Below are positions 1 through 9,772 of a DNA stretch of 64,000 nucleotides, in pieces (positions within the stretch are counted from its first letter, which is position 1; every line of letters begins with the position of its first letter). Both the position numbers and the translations under genes were made by a program. The notes beneath the pieces were generated by a model. It had not been told where the DNA came from. It saw only the letters and a list, made by a program, of their open reading frames with translations, and did no database searches. The stretch covers positions 127 through 64,126 of the forward strand of contig JAAXXZ010000004.1 of NCBI GenBank assembly GCA_013334245.1, written 5' to 3'. This DNA comes from Candidatus Moraniibacteriota bacterium. GTDB lineage: Bacteria; Patescibacteriota; Minisyncoccia; Moranbacterales; UBA1568.

Positions 1-2
1 CG

Positions 3-1220
3 GTGGTCCGTATCGTGGATACGCTCCTGAAGCATGCTATCCTGCAATCAGCATCCGATATCCATATCGAACCTTCGGAGAAAGAAGTATTGGTCCGGTA
101 TCGGATCGACGGTGTTTTGCACGATGCGATGAAACTGCCCCGTGACGCGGCGACCGGTATAGTCGCTCGCATAAAGGTGCTGTCGAACCTCAAGCTCGAT
201 GAACATCGGCAGCCGCAGGACGGACGCTTCAAGATCGAGAAGGACGGTTATCGTATCTCGTTCCGGGTGAGTATTCTTCCCGTTTTCGACGGGGAGAAGA
301 TCGTCATGCGACTTCTCGACGAATCATCGAAAGGTCTGACGCTCGAGAAGATGGGGCTCTCCGGACGCGCACTCGAGGCGGCGCATCGGGAGATACGGAA
401 ACCGAATGGTATCATCCTTGTGACCGGTCCGACGGGTTCGGGAAAGACGACGACGCTCTATACCGTCATGGACATCCTGAACACTCCCGAGGTGAACATA
501 TCGACCGTCGAGGATCCGGTCGAATATCGCATGCCCCGGGTGAATCAGACCCAGATAAATCCGAAGGTCGGCATGACGTTCGCGGCCGCGCTCCGGTCGC
601 TGCTCCGTCAGGACCCGGACATCCTCATGGTCGGCGAGATCCGCGATCAGGAAACGTTGGAAATCGCGCTGCATGCGGCGATGACCGGGCACCTTGTCCT
701 TTCGACCCTGCATACGAACAGCGCTGCGGCGACGCTTCCACGTATGCTCGATATGGGCGCCGAACCGTTTCTTATCGCATCCACGACGAATGTCATCATC
801 GCCCAGCGGCTCGTTCGGAAACTTTGTCCGGAATGTCGGAAACCATACCAACTCGATCCGAAGGAGGCGGAATCTTTCGGCAAACATATCGATGTCGGGG
901 AAATCGTCGCGTATCTGAAGTCCGCGGAGGCGGGCGGATCCGCAAGAGGGAAAGCGATGTCTCTCAGTGATTTCACCTTCTATCGTCCTGGCGGATGCGA
1001 ACAGTGCGGTGGAGAGGGGTATCGGGGCCGTGTCGGCATCTACGAAGTGCTCGAGATGGATGCCGATATCCAGAAGCTTGTCGCGCAATCCGGAACGTCC
1101 GAGGAAATCGAGTCGAAAGCCAAACAAAACGGCATGCTTTCCATGTCGATGGACGGATTCGGAAAGGCGGCTGCGGGCATTACGACACTTGAAGAGGTGC
1201 TCCGCGTGACCAAGGAATAA
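3..1220 (+). CDS. Type II/IV secretion-system ATPase, PilB/GspE family (5' end outside window)
   Basis: Walker A GPTGSGKTTT, Asp box and His box (LSTLHTN), and a C-terminal CxxC...CxxC motif typical of GspE/PilB. Confidence 0.85.
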   Translation: MVRIVDTLLKHAILQSASDIHIEPSEKEVLVRYRIDGVLHDAMKLPRDAATGIVARIKVLSNLKLDEHRQPQDGRFKIEKDGYRISFRVSILPVFDGEKIVMRLLDESSKGLTLEKMGLSGRALEAAHREIRKPNGIILVTGPTGSGKTTTLYTVMDILNTPEVNISTVEDPVEYRMPRVNQTQINPKVGMTFAAALRSLLRQDPDILMVGEIRDQETLEIALHAAMTGHLVLSTLHTNSAAATLPRMLDMGAEPFLIASTTNVIIAQRLVRKLCPECRKPYQLDPKEAESFGKHIDVGEIVAYLKSAEAGGSARGKAMSLSDFTFYRPGGCEQCGGEGYRGRVGIYEVLEMDADIQKLVAQSGTSEEIESKAKQNGMLSMSMDGFGKAAAGITTLEEVLRVTKE

Positions 1221-1448
1221 GTTCGGTGGGGTCGAATCATCCGCCGATGGGGTCACATGATTTTCTTCGTGTGGAAAAGATTCAATATTCTTTGCTTATA
1301 TAAGCCAAGAATAGTTTCTTTTTGGGTTTGCCAGGATTTGAAAAACGCGCTATCATGATGAGTGGAAGTGAACGCACCCGGATGCGGGGAATCCGTATCT
1401 CTAAGCAGCTTCCGTGATGGAATACATGGGAGAAAACAGAGGGAACCT

Positions 1449-1835
1449 ATGAAATTCCAGAAACTCCTTTTCGGGGTCCGTTTTTTTACCGTTCTCTCCC
1501 TGACGGCGTGGGTTTCGGTGCTTTTTTTCGTCGATCCGGAGACGTCAGGCCTTCCCGGAGCGGCGATTTTTCTGGGGACGTTATTCTCCGGGCTGTCCGG
1601 GGTCTTTACGCTCATCCTCGTTTCTCTTGCCCGAAGGTTTCTCGGCGAGTCCGGGGCGTCTGCGTCGTTTCATGCGCTGTTTCGTCAGGGATTCATCCTT
1701 TCCGCGTATGTCGTGGCACTGCTCGCATTGTCGAGATTCGGCATACTGGCATGGTGGAACGCACTTCTTGGGCTCGCGACGGCACTGTTGGTGGAGTTTA
1801 CGGCCCGAAGGGTATCGATGCGGGAGGAAGCGTGA
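1449..1835 (+). CDS. Hypothetical multi-pass membrane protein
   Basis: ORF with 4 hydrophobic segments; putative -35/-10 (TTGCCA-17-TATCAT) at about 1329-1357. Confidence 0.4.
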   Translation: MKFQKLLFGVRFFTVLSLTAWVSVLFFVDPETSGLPGAAIFLGTLFSGLSGVFTLILVSLARRFLGESGASASFHALFRQGFILSAYVVALLALSRFGILAWWNALLGLATALLVEFTARRVSMREEA

Positions 1836-1906
1836 TATGACGGTAGTTGCGATGTCCTGGCCGGTTGTTCCGATATGTGAATCTTGAACCTGATATCTTA
1901 CCGATT

Positions 1907-3961
1907 ATGGCAAAGAAAGATACCGAAAAATCAAACTACGGCGCGAAGTCCATTCAGGTCCTCGAAGGACTTGATCCGGTGCGTAAGCGCCCGGGCATGT
2001 ATATCGGCGGCACCTCGACCGAGGGTCTTCACCATCTGATCTGGGAGATCGTGAACAACTCGATCGACGAGGCGATGGCCGGGCACTGTACTGATGTCGT
2101 GGTCAGACTCCTTCCCGATAACGTCGTGGAAGTCGAAGACAATGGGCGAGGCATTCCGGTCGAGATTCATCCGCAGACGAAGAAGTCCACGCTTGAGACG
2201 GTGCTTACCGTGCTGCATGCCGGAGGGAAGTTCGGCGGCGATGGGTACAAGATTTCCGGGGGTCTGCACGGGGTCGGCGTCTCGGTCGTGAACGCGCTCT
2301 CGGAATGGACCCGGGCGACCGTCCGTCGTGACGGAAAATTATGGATGCAGGAATTCAAGCGCGGTATCCCGCAGGGGTCCGTGAAAGCGATCGGCAAGGC
2401 GACCGATACCGGTACGACCATCACGTTCAAGGCGGATTCGGAAATCTTCCCGGAAATCGAGTACGGTTGGGAGAAGATCCTCGAGTATCTGCGGTATCAG
2501 GCATATCTCACGAAAGGCGTCCGTATCCAGGTCGAGGACCTGCGTGAAGCGGACGCGCCGGGAAGCGCCCATCTCGCGAAGCGGTACGGTTTCTATTTCG
2601 ATTCCGGCATCATCTCGTTCGTGAAATTCCTGAACCGTCGCAAGGACGTGAAGAACGAGGTTCCCGTCTATATCGAGAAGACCGTGGACGGCGTCTACGT
2701 CGAGATCTCGCTCCAGTATACCGACAGCTACAAGGAGCATCTTTTCGCGTTCGCGAACAATATCTACAATCCCGAAGGCGGCATGCACGTCACGGGATTC
2801 AAGATGGCGCTGACACGGGTCCTGAACGACTATGCCAAGAAGAACGGCCTCCTGAAGGAGAAGGACGGGGCGATGACATCGGACGATCTGCGCGAGGGGC
2901 TGACGGCGGTCATCTCGGTCAAGCTCGCGAACCCGCAGTTCGAGGGTCAGACGAAGGCGAAACTCGGCAACAACGAGGTGAGGGGCATCGTCTCGTCGGT
3001 GCTTTCGGAAGGGCTGAACGAATATCTCGAGACTCGGCCGGCGGACGCCAAGGCGATCCTTGAAAAATGTCTCCTGACGGTCCGGGCGCGCATCGCCGCA
3101 CGCGCTGCCAAGGACGCGGTCATCCGCAAGGGCGCGCTCGAGGGCATGACGCTTCCGGGCAAACTCGCCGACTGTTCGACCAAGGACACGCAGCGCAGCG
3201 AACTCTACATCGTCGAGGGCGATTCCGCAGGCGGCTCGGCCAAGCAGGGGCGGAACCGCGAGTTCCAGGCCATCCTGCCGCTTCGCGGCAAGCTTGTGAA
3301 CGTGGAAAAGACCACGCTCGACAAGGTCGTGAAATCCGATACCCTGAAGCCGATCATCATCGCCCTTGGTGCGGGTATCGGGGAAACGTTCGATATCTCG
3401 CGGCTCCGGTACGGCAAGATCATCGTCATGGCGGATGCCGACGTCGACGGTTCGCATATCCGGACGCTTTTGCTGACATTCTTCTATCGGTACTACGAGG
3501 AACTGGTCCGCAACGGGAACATCTATATCGCCCAGCCACCGCTCTATCGTCTGCAGAAAGGAAAGACCGTCCGATACGCGTACAATGACGACGAGAAGAT
3601 GCGTATCCTTGAAGAAATCAAGAAAGAAGCCGATCTCCGCGCGGAGAAGAAAGGAAAGGTTGCCGCCGTAAAGAAAGTCGAAGTGGACGAGCCTGGTGAG
3701 GAGACGGACGAGGCGCCTTCGGAGGGTGAAGAGAAGGTCGGGGGCGTTTCGATCCAGCGGTACAAAGGTCTCGGAGAAATGAACCCGGAGCAGCTCTGGG
3801 AGACGACCATGAACCCCGCAAGCCGTCTTATGCTCCAGGTCAAGATAGAAGACGCGGAAGCGGCCGACGAACTGTTCGACATTCTCATGGGGAACGAGGT
3901 CGAGCCGCGTCGCAAGTTCATCCAGACGCATGCGAAGACGGTGAAGAATCTCGATGTCTAG
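1907..3961 (+). CDS. gyrB: DNA gyrase subunit B
   Basis: N-terminus MAKKDTEKSNYGAKSIQVLEGLDPVRKRPGMYIGG, the GHKL ATPase motifs, Toprim EGDSAGG and the PLRGK motif; start moved to ATG 1907. Confidence 0.95.
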   Translation: MAKKDTEKSNYGAKSIQVLEGLDPVRKRPGMYIGGTSTEGLHHLIWEIVNNSIDEAMAGHCTDVVVRLLPDNVVEVEDNGRGIPVEIHPQTKKSTLETVLTVLHAGGKFGGDGYKISGGLHGVGVSVVNALSEWTRATVRRDGKLWMQEFKRGIPQGSVKAIGKATDTGTTITFKADSEIFPEIEYGWEKILEYLRYQAYLTKGVRIQVEDLREADAPGSAHLAKRYGFYFDSGIISFVKFLNRRKDVKNEVPVYIEKTVDGVYVEISLQYTDSYKEHLFAFANNIYNPEGGMHVTGFKMALTRVLNDYAKKNGLLKEKDGAMTSDDLREGLTAVISVKLANPQFEGQTKAKLGNNEVRGIVSSVLSEGLNEYLETRPADAKAILEKCLLTVRARIAARAAKDAVIRKGALEGMTLPGKLADCSTKDTQRSELYIVEGDSAGGSAKQGRNREFQAILPLRGKLVNVEKTTLDKVVKSDTLKPIIIALGAGIGETFDISRLRYGKIIVMADADVDGSHIRTLLLTFFYRYYEELVRNGNIYIAQPPLYRLQKGKTVRYAYNDDEKMRILEEIKKEADLRAEKKGKVAAVKKVEVDEPGEETDEAPSEGEEKVGGVSIQRYKGLGEMNPEQLWETTMNPASRLMLQVKIEDAEAADELFDILMGNEVEPRRKFIQTHAKTVKNLDV

Positions 3962-4063
3962 CGCACGGTTTCCGGCTCTCCGGACGGGATTGACGGCCTG
4001 ACGGAGCCGTGTTATCATCGTGGAACGTTTCCCGGGTTCTTTTTTCGAAGCTTTCCGAAGGCT

Positions 4064-4396
4064 ATGGGACACTCCCTGGAAAACCTGAAGCCGCTTATCC
4101 GCTGCCCGGTCTGCCAGAAGAAGTACGATCCGTCGAAGGTCGTACTCTTGTCGGAGGATGACCGGAAGACGGTGCTTCATATCGCCTGCGAGTCGTGCGG
4201 CATCTCTTCGCTCGTGTTCGTCTCCCTCGGGAAGATGGGCGCGGTCAGCTTCGGAATGCTGACCGATCTCGGGCGCGACGAGGTCCGTTCGTTCTACGGA
4301 GGCGAGCCGGTCTCGGCGGACGATGCGCTTGCCGCGCATAGCTTTCTGAAGGGATTTCGCGGCGGCGCGAAGGAATGTTTCGAGAATAAATGTTGA
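4064..4396 (+). CDS. Hypothetical zinc-ribbon protein
   Basis: CPVC...CESC pairs; candidate promoter TTGACG-17-TATCAT at 3991-4019. Confidence 0.4.
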   Translation: MGHSLENLKPLIRCPVCQKKYDPSKVVLLSEDDRKTVLHIACESCGISSLVFVSLGKMGAVSFGMLTDLGRDEVRSFYGGEPVSADDALAAHSFLKGFRGGAKECFENKC

Positions 4397-4444
4397 TCCG
4401 CGGTTCCGTTACGGATACCATAATCGCTTTATCATACACAGCAT

Positions 4445-5107
4445 ATGTCCGACACGATCACGCTCAAGGCTTCGGTCCGCGAGGCCGGAAAGGGGCTGCA
4501 GACGCTTCGGAAGAGCGGATTCATCCCGGGGTCCGTCCATGGCCACGGCATCGAGCCGACTAACCTTTCCCTGGAGAGCCGGGAATTCACCCGCGCGTTC
4601 AAGGCGGCCGGTGAGAACACGATCATCGCGTTGACTATCGACGGCGCCAAGCCGGTGAACGTGCTCGTGAAGGAGGCACAGATGCACCCGCTCACGAACC
4701 GCTACACGCATGCCGATTTTTTCCAAGTCCGCATGGACGAGGTGATCGAGGCGACCGTGCCGTTCGAATTCGTCGGTGATTCCGCGGCGGTCAGCGAATT
4801 GGGCGGCGTACTTATCAAGGCGTCCGATGAGGTTGACGTGAAGGCGCTCCCGGCCGATCTTCCGCATACGATCCAGATCGATCTGTCCGCGCTCAAGACG
4901 TTCGACGACGTCATCAAGATCGGGGATATCGTACTGCCGAAGGGCGTGACCGTCGACGCCGATGTCGAGACGGTGATCGCGCTCGTGGAGGCTCCGCGAA
5001 CGACGGCTGAAATCGAGGCGCTTGACGAGAAGGTCGATGCCGATGTGACGAAGGTCGAGAAGGCCGGAAAGCCGGCCGAGGAGTCGGCGGAAGAGGCCGC
5101 GAAATAG
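4445..5107 (+). CDS. rplY: 50S ribosomal protein L25 / general stress protein Ctc
   Basis: N-terminal L25 beta-barrel region (TITLKASVRE...GFIPGSVHG...) followed by an acidic Ctc-type C-terminal extension. Confidence 0.8.
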   Translation: MSDTITLKASVREAGKGLQTLRKSGFIPGSVHGHGIEPTNLSLESREFTRAFKAAGENTIIALTIDGAKPVNVLVKEAQMHPLTNRYTHADFFQVRMDEVIEATVPFEFVGDSAAVSELGGVLIKASDEVDVKALPADLPHTIQIDLSALKTFDDVIKIGDIVLPKGVTVDADVETVIALVEAPRTTAEIEALDEKVDADVTKVEKAGKPAEESAEEAAK

Positions 5108-5177
5108 GGATTTCCGCCGGTTTTCTTCCTTGACGGATTCGCGTCGACTCGCTACCATGGTAAGAGCTTGGACGGTC

Positions 5178-5300
5178 GGGAATCCGATTTCCGGCTGGAG
5201 GCTGAAAGCCGGTCACCCCTCCTACGCCGGCCGAGGTGAAAACGGATGAAGCGGGCTTGCCCGCGGATTCCGAGCTCCAACCGGAAATCGGATTCCTGAC
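5178..5300 (+). other. Long inverted-repeat hairpin element (about 22-bp closing stem with GAAA-tetraloop and GC hairpins inside)
   Basis: 5179-5194 GGAATCCGATTTCCGG is the exact reverse complement of 5281-5296; the interior has GGCUGAAAGCC and GCGGGCUUGCCCGC hairpins. Confidence 0.4.
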
Positions 5301-5310
5301 ATACGTTCGG

Positions 5311-5350
5311 AAAAAGAACGCCCCGTATACGCGGGGCGTTCTTTCGTTTT
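5311..5350. terminator. Bidirectional rho-independent terminator
   Basis: AAAAAGAACGCCCCG-tatac-CGGGGCGTTCTTTCGTTTT, with an A-tract and a T-tract flanking a 12-bp GC-rich stem between convergent genes. Confidence 0.6.
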
Positions 5351-5428
5351 CGGCTGAAATCGAAAAGTAATCGATTTCGTGGCTTATCCAAGCGCAATAG
5401 TTTTCACGAAATCGAAAACCAAGAAGTT

Positions 5429-6385
5429 TCAGGACTTGTATCGTGTCGGTGTCACCGAAACGATGCAGGCATTCTTCCTTTTATTGGCAGTGAAGAAATC
5501 GATCCTGAAGCCTATGTTGTTGAACGTTTCGACGATGGTTTCTTCCGCGAACTTCTTGCTGATGGCGAGCAGGATTTCCTCACCCTTTTCGAACTCGACG
5601 CGGTGTCCTGCGATGTTAATCGCCTTATCCGAGTTCATGGTCAGTACCATCTCTATCTGTTTCAGGTTTCTGTTCCACCGGACGGAGTATTCCTCGAAGG
5701 AGCAGTCCATGTCGTATCCCTTCAACGTCGCCGATACGAGATTGAACACCTCTTCCGTCCGATAATATTCGATGAATTTCTGGGAGGCGAGCAGGTTCGA
5801 TATCTGATTCCCGATGATGAGCGTATCGTTCGGAAACATCGAAAGCTTGATATCGGTCAGGATCTTCTCCGTATTCTCGAAATTTCCGAGCGTGTTTCCG
5901 AGCAGGAAGAAATAGTTCTTGGTACGCTTCTCCTTCGTAAGTTTGAGGATCTGTTCCAAAATCTCCCCCTTTTCAAAATCAAACAGCACCTTGATGATCT
6001 GGACGTCCGGAAACCGTTCCGTAAGATTCTTTTCCGCCTCATCCAACATCTTCGGACTGATGTCGACCGGGATATACCTGACCGTCGCCTTCGTTCTGAG
6101 AAACTCGAGAACCGGAATCATCGGGATGCCGTCGCCGCACCCGAAGTCGACGATATTCACCGTGTCGACGTCCGAATCGACTTCGCGCAACATGTACGGA
6201 AGGGATTCCGTTTTCAGGAGGTTTTCCTCGAATTGGATGGAGTGTTCCGATCGGCTTTTTTCGGCGATCTCGATCCATCTCCGGTACCCGTCTCCGACGT
6301 AGGCGAATTTCAACGGCGATACGGCTCGGGAATCGAGCGCGGAAAGGAGTTCGAGTTCCTGGTTTTCATTGAGATAACCCCGCAT
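5429..6385 (-). CDS. SAM-dependent methyltransferase, EgtD-like (Methyltransf_33-type)
   Basis: DFGCGDG SAM motif and FLLGNTLGNF motif; GC about 47%, clearly below the flanking 60%. Confidence 0.55.
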   Translation of the reverse strand: MRGYLNENQELELLSALDSRAVSPLKFAYVGDGYRRWIEIAEKSRSEHSIQFEENLLKTESLPYMLREVDSDVDTVNIVDFGCGDGIPMIPVLEFLRTKATVRYIPVDISPKMLDEAEKNLTERFPDVQIIKVLFDFEKGEILEQILKLTKEKRTKNYFFLLGNTLGNFENTEKILTDIKLSMFPNDTLIIGNQISNLLASQKFIEYYRTEEVFNLVSATLKGYDMDCSFEEYSVRWNRNLKQIEMVLTMNSDKAINIAGHRVEFEKGEEILLAISKKFAEETIVETFNNIGFRIDFFTANKRKNACIVSVTPTRYKS

Positions 6386-6432
6386 ATTCGTTGTCGATAA
6401 GAAAAGAGTTACTGGTCACCCTACCGCGTTCA

Positions 6433-8913
6433 TTATTTCGTGTCGACATGAACGGTTCCGGTCGAAGTCCCGCCGGAGACGGCGACGGTCGATCCGTTAC
6501 CGGAGAGGGCGCAGGCGGTCGCGGAGGCGAACGCTTCGTTGAAGAGTTGGGAGACGAGCGTACCGGTTCCGCTTACGATGAGTATGCGCTTCGCCGGAGC
6601 GTCGAGCACGACAAGCCTGTCGGAGACATCGGAGTTCGCACAGACCGAGGTGATGGAGAACGGGGTGGCGGGCTGCTGAAGGGAAAAGTCGCTCACGGGG
6701 TTTCCCCGGAAGAACGCCGTCAGGGCGGATCCGGCTCCGTAGATATTCTCGCTGACCGCGATGCGGTTGGTGTCGACGGGCATCGTGGATTTCGTCCACT
6801 GGATACCCTCGCCGAATCCGCCGTCTGCGCGCGGGAAGCGATATATCCGTCCGGTTCCTTCCTCAAGGAAATAGAGATATGTCAGGAAGTCGCCCATGGC
6901 TGCCGCCTTGAATCCGGACGGGAACGGGATGGAGTTTTTCACGAACGTCCTGTTTCCCGGCGCGAAGGAATACAGATCGCCGCCGTCGGTCAGGAGGAAG
7001 ATGAGCCCAAGATCTTCCATGCCTCCGGCCAGGCGGACCGCATCCGAAGTCGGTAACGCGGCCGTCGTATTTTTCGCCGTATCGAACACCCCGTTTCTCG
7101 TCACGAGAAACAGCGAGTCGCCGAGATAGACCGGTGAGACGATATCGTGATCCGCCATCGGCAACGCGGCGACCGATGTAAGCGAGGCATTCGTTTCCTC
7201 GGACGGCGGGAACGGAGTGACGACGGGCGTTTCCACGACGACGACCGGTGCCGGCTCAGGCTTCTTTTCCGGCGCGTTTTTCCAGATGACGATTCCGAGC
7301 CCGGTCACGAGAAATGCGGCAATCGTGGCGAGGATGATCTGCTGTTTCTGCGGAAGGGAAAGGAACCGGTCCCATGCGGCTTTGCCGAGCACGGCCGTCC
7401 GTTTCGCCCCCCAGATCGTCAGTCGTTTCGTGAATCGATAGGCGTTCTTGGATGCGGGAACCGCATATCGTACGGTAAGTTCCCTTGTCGTCTTCGCTGC
7501 CTGTGAAAGGAATGATGCGGTCGCGACGGCCGCCTCACTCGCGCGTTTCATGAATGTCGATTCCGGTCGGGGAACGGGGAATGTCGACGTGTTCCGCGGC
7601 GTTTCTTTTCGGAGTAGTGCCGCGAGCCGGGCTTCCTTTTCGGCTCGATCCGACGGTTTGGTCGCGCTCCGGACTGTCGAGGTCGTCATGGCCGCGGCTT
7701 CCGTTCTCGGTCTTTCCGGACGTCGTTCAACCGGTTTCGGTTCGGTGCATCGTTCCGGCGCGATGTTCACGATGGGCGCCGCGGATTCTTTTTCCGGTCG
7801 GGAAGCGGACTTGTTCTGACGGTTTTCCATGGAAGCGGACGCGGCTTCGGATAAAGAACCGAATGCCGCTTCGCTTCTTTTCCGCGTCTTTCGGACGGAA
7901 TGGGTGACCGAATTCCGGACGGAACGGACGGTATCCTCGATCATCCATCTGAACTTGGTCACTATCGGATGCTCGTCGGCGTTTTCAAGAGCCTCGCCCT
8001 GGATGCGGATTTCGTGGGTCGGGGGTGCGTCGCGGTCCGGCTCGGCCGCGATGTCGGCTTCGGGGTCATGCGATTCGAGGATGGACTTCGTCCGTTCCGC
8101 CGCCGCTTCGCGGAATGTCTTTTCACTCCAGGCGTTCACCGGTTCGGTTTTCGTCGGTCGCTTCTTCGGACGCTTCGTCTCCGATCCGGATACGCCCGTT
8201 TTTTTCACTCCGTCGACGTCGAGTATGATCGCGCCTCCGACGCGAAGCTCGTTGACCATCGCGGTTTCCAGGAATCGCGTGAATTTTTTTTCCGGAAGGA
8301 GACGATTGGCGTTTCGTTCCAGGTCCCGCGCCGAGAAAAGGCCGAACAGTTCCGGTGTCGAGAGCAGGACACAGTCGCCCGGCATCAGCCGGCCACTCGA
8401 AATCTCCAAGAACGTTTTCAACGGATGTTCCCCTGCTTCCTCCGAAGCGAGTCCGTCCCCGATGTCCGAGATCGTCGCTTCCCGAAAAAGAAAGACACCG
8501 CCGTTTCCGGTCGCGGAGAAATGGATGTTCCTTTTTTCCACCACCGCGATGGCTCCGTGCAGGCTTCCCATCCAGTCCGTCTGCCCGTTCTTCACCAGTT
8601 CGGACAGGGCAAGGTTGATGCGGTGAAGGGTCGATTCGAAACTTTCGATGGCTCCGCGACGCGGGTTGGCATAATATTCCTTCTTCGCGACGGATGCGAT
8701 GACGTTCACGGTGTATGCGGAGGATTCGGAGCGATCGAATACGGAAAAAACCCCGACAAGCGTTCCCAGGTGTTCTTGGGTGACGTTTTCGGGGCGAAAG
8801 GCGAAAGTCTTTATGTACGGTTCGACGGCGCGACTTCTGGCGACGGGAATCTCGGTCGCATGCACCGCGATATCCGGGAGCGGTTCGACGGCCCCAGGTT
8901 TTTTCTCTGTCAT
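6433..8913 (-). CDS. Membrane-anchored hypothetical protein (cytoplasmic N-domain, Lys/Arg/Glu-rich linker, one TM, large extracytoplasmic C-domain)
   Basis: TM segment IILATIAAFLVTGLGIVIW. The N-domain shows weak SpoIIE/PP2C-like motifs (PGDCVLLSTPELFG). The C-terminus is Ser/Thr/Gly-rich. Confidence 0.45.
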   Translation of the reverse strand: MTEKKPGAVEPLPDIAVHATEIPVARSRAVEPYIKTFAFRPENVTQEHLGTLVGVFSVFDRSESSAYTVNVIASVAKKEYYANPRRGAIESFESTLHRINLALSELVKNGQTDWMGSLHGAIAVVEKRNIHFSATGNGGVFLFREATISDIGDGLASEEAGEHPLKTFLEISSGRLMPGDCVLLSTPELFGLFSARDLERNANRLLPEKKFTRFLETAMVNELRVGGAIILDVDGVKKTGVSGSETKRPKKRPTKTEPVNAWSEKTFREAAAERTKSILESHDPEADIAAEPDRDAPPTHEIRIQGEALENADEHPIVTKFRWMIEDTVRSVRNSVTHSVRKTRKRSEAAFGSLSEAASASMENRQNKSASRPEKESAAPIVNIAPERCTEPKPVERRPERPRTEAAAMTTSTVRSATKPSDRAEKEARLAALLRKETPRNTSTFPVPRPESTFMKRASEAAVATASFLSQAAKTTRELTVRYAVPASKNAYRFTKRLTIWGAKRTAVLGKAAWDRFLSLPQKQQIILATIAAFLVTGLGIVIWKNAPEKKPEPAPVVVVETPVVTPFPPSEETNASLTSVAALPMADHDIVSPVYLGDSLFLVTRNGVFDTAKNTTAALPTSDAVRLAGGMEDLGLIFLLTDGGDLYSFAPGNRTFVKNSIPFPSGFKAAAMGDFLTYLYFLEEGTGRIYRFPRADGGFGEGIQWTKSTMPVDTNRIAVSENIYGAGSALTAFFRGNPVSDFSLQQPATPFSITSVCANSDVSDRLVVLDAPAKRILIVSGTGTLVSQLFNEAFASATACALSGNGSTVAVSGGTSTGTVHVDTK

Positions 8914-9119
8914 ATGGTCGGCTTCATTATAGCACAATCTTCCTCTGATACGTCCGTTCCCGTGACATCCGTTCGGACCGTTTACCTCATGTTTCGGTCC
9001 GGTTCCCGTTCATTCCATCCAACCCGGTGTCGGGTCGGGCTTCGGGACCGTTTTGACTTCCGGTCCGCTCTCGGGTACAGTGGAGAGAGGAGGGGAGAGT
9101 TCGTCCATTTTCCGATACT

Positions 9120-9725
9120 ATGTCTTTTTCCCTGTTCGAATCCCTGTTCGGTTCAAGAGTCCGCGCCCGTCTTATCCGCCTCTTCGTACTGAATCCGGAA
9201 GGCGAGTACACGACTACCGACATTGCCGCGAAGACGCTCCTCCCTAAAGCCGAGGTTTTCCACGAAGTGCTCCGTCTCCAGAAGATGGGATTTCTTCGGA
9301 CGGTCCCGCGCCGGAAGGTGAAGACATATCAGATGCGGCCGGATTTTTCGTTTTTCCCGGAACTTCAGAGTCTCGTGCTGAAATCCAATGTCGGTGTTTC
9401 CCACCGGATGTTCCAGAAACTGCAGACGGCCGGAGAGGTAAAACTCATACTCATCAGCGGATTGTTCCTGAACCATCCGAAGAGCAAGGCGGACATGCTG
9501 CTCGTCATCAACAACGCCCACAGGCTCCGTCTGAAGGCCGCGATGGAAAAACTCGAGGCGGAAATCGGCCGTGAGATCCGGTTCGTCCTCATGGACACCG
9601 ACGAGCTTCATTACCGACTCAACATGCTGGACCGGTTCCTGATCGAGTTCCTCGAAGGTCCGTACCAGGAGGTTCAGAACCGCGTGCCGGAGATCAAGCG
9701 CTTCATAGCCGGGCTGAAGAAGTAA
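9120..9725 (+). CDS. Hypothetical protein
   Basis: 201-aa ORF with a compositionally normal codon pattern; no motif recognised. Confidence 0.4.
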   Translation: MSFSLFESLFGSRVRARLIRLFVLNPEGEYTTTDIAAKTLLPKAEVFHEVLRLQKMGFLRTVPRRKVKTYQMRPDFSFFPELQSLVLKSNVGVSHRMFQKLQTAGEVKLILISGLFLNHPKSKADMLLVINNAHRLRLKAAMEKLEAEIGREIRFVLMDTDELHYRLNMLDRFLIEFLEGPYQEVQNRVPEIKRFIAGLKK

Positions 9726-9772
9726 ACGGCCTCGGCGGTCTTCGTTCCGACATGAGATAACGGCTCGTTCTT

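Noticed and set aside
2339-4339. 666-aa antisense ORF inside gyrB, with similar long antisense ORFs opposite relA (14689-16191), pyk (16366-17850) and topA (19540-20598)
   Set aside because: High-GC coding regions generate long stop-free antisense frames; the sense strands carry unmistakable conserved protein motifs
5178-5300. SRP (4.5S) or 6S RNA identity for the long hairpin
   Set aside because: No GGAAGCAGCC-like domain IV motif and not a single extended hairpin; too short and wrong layout for 6S RNA
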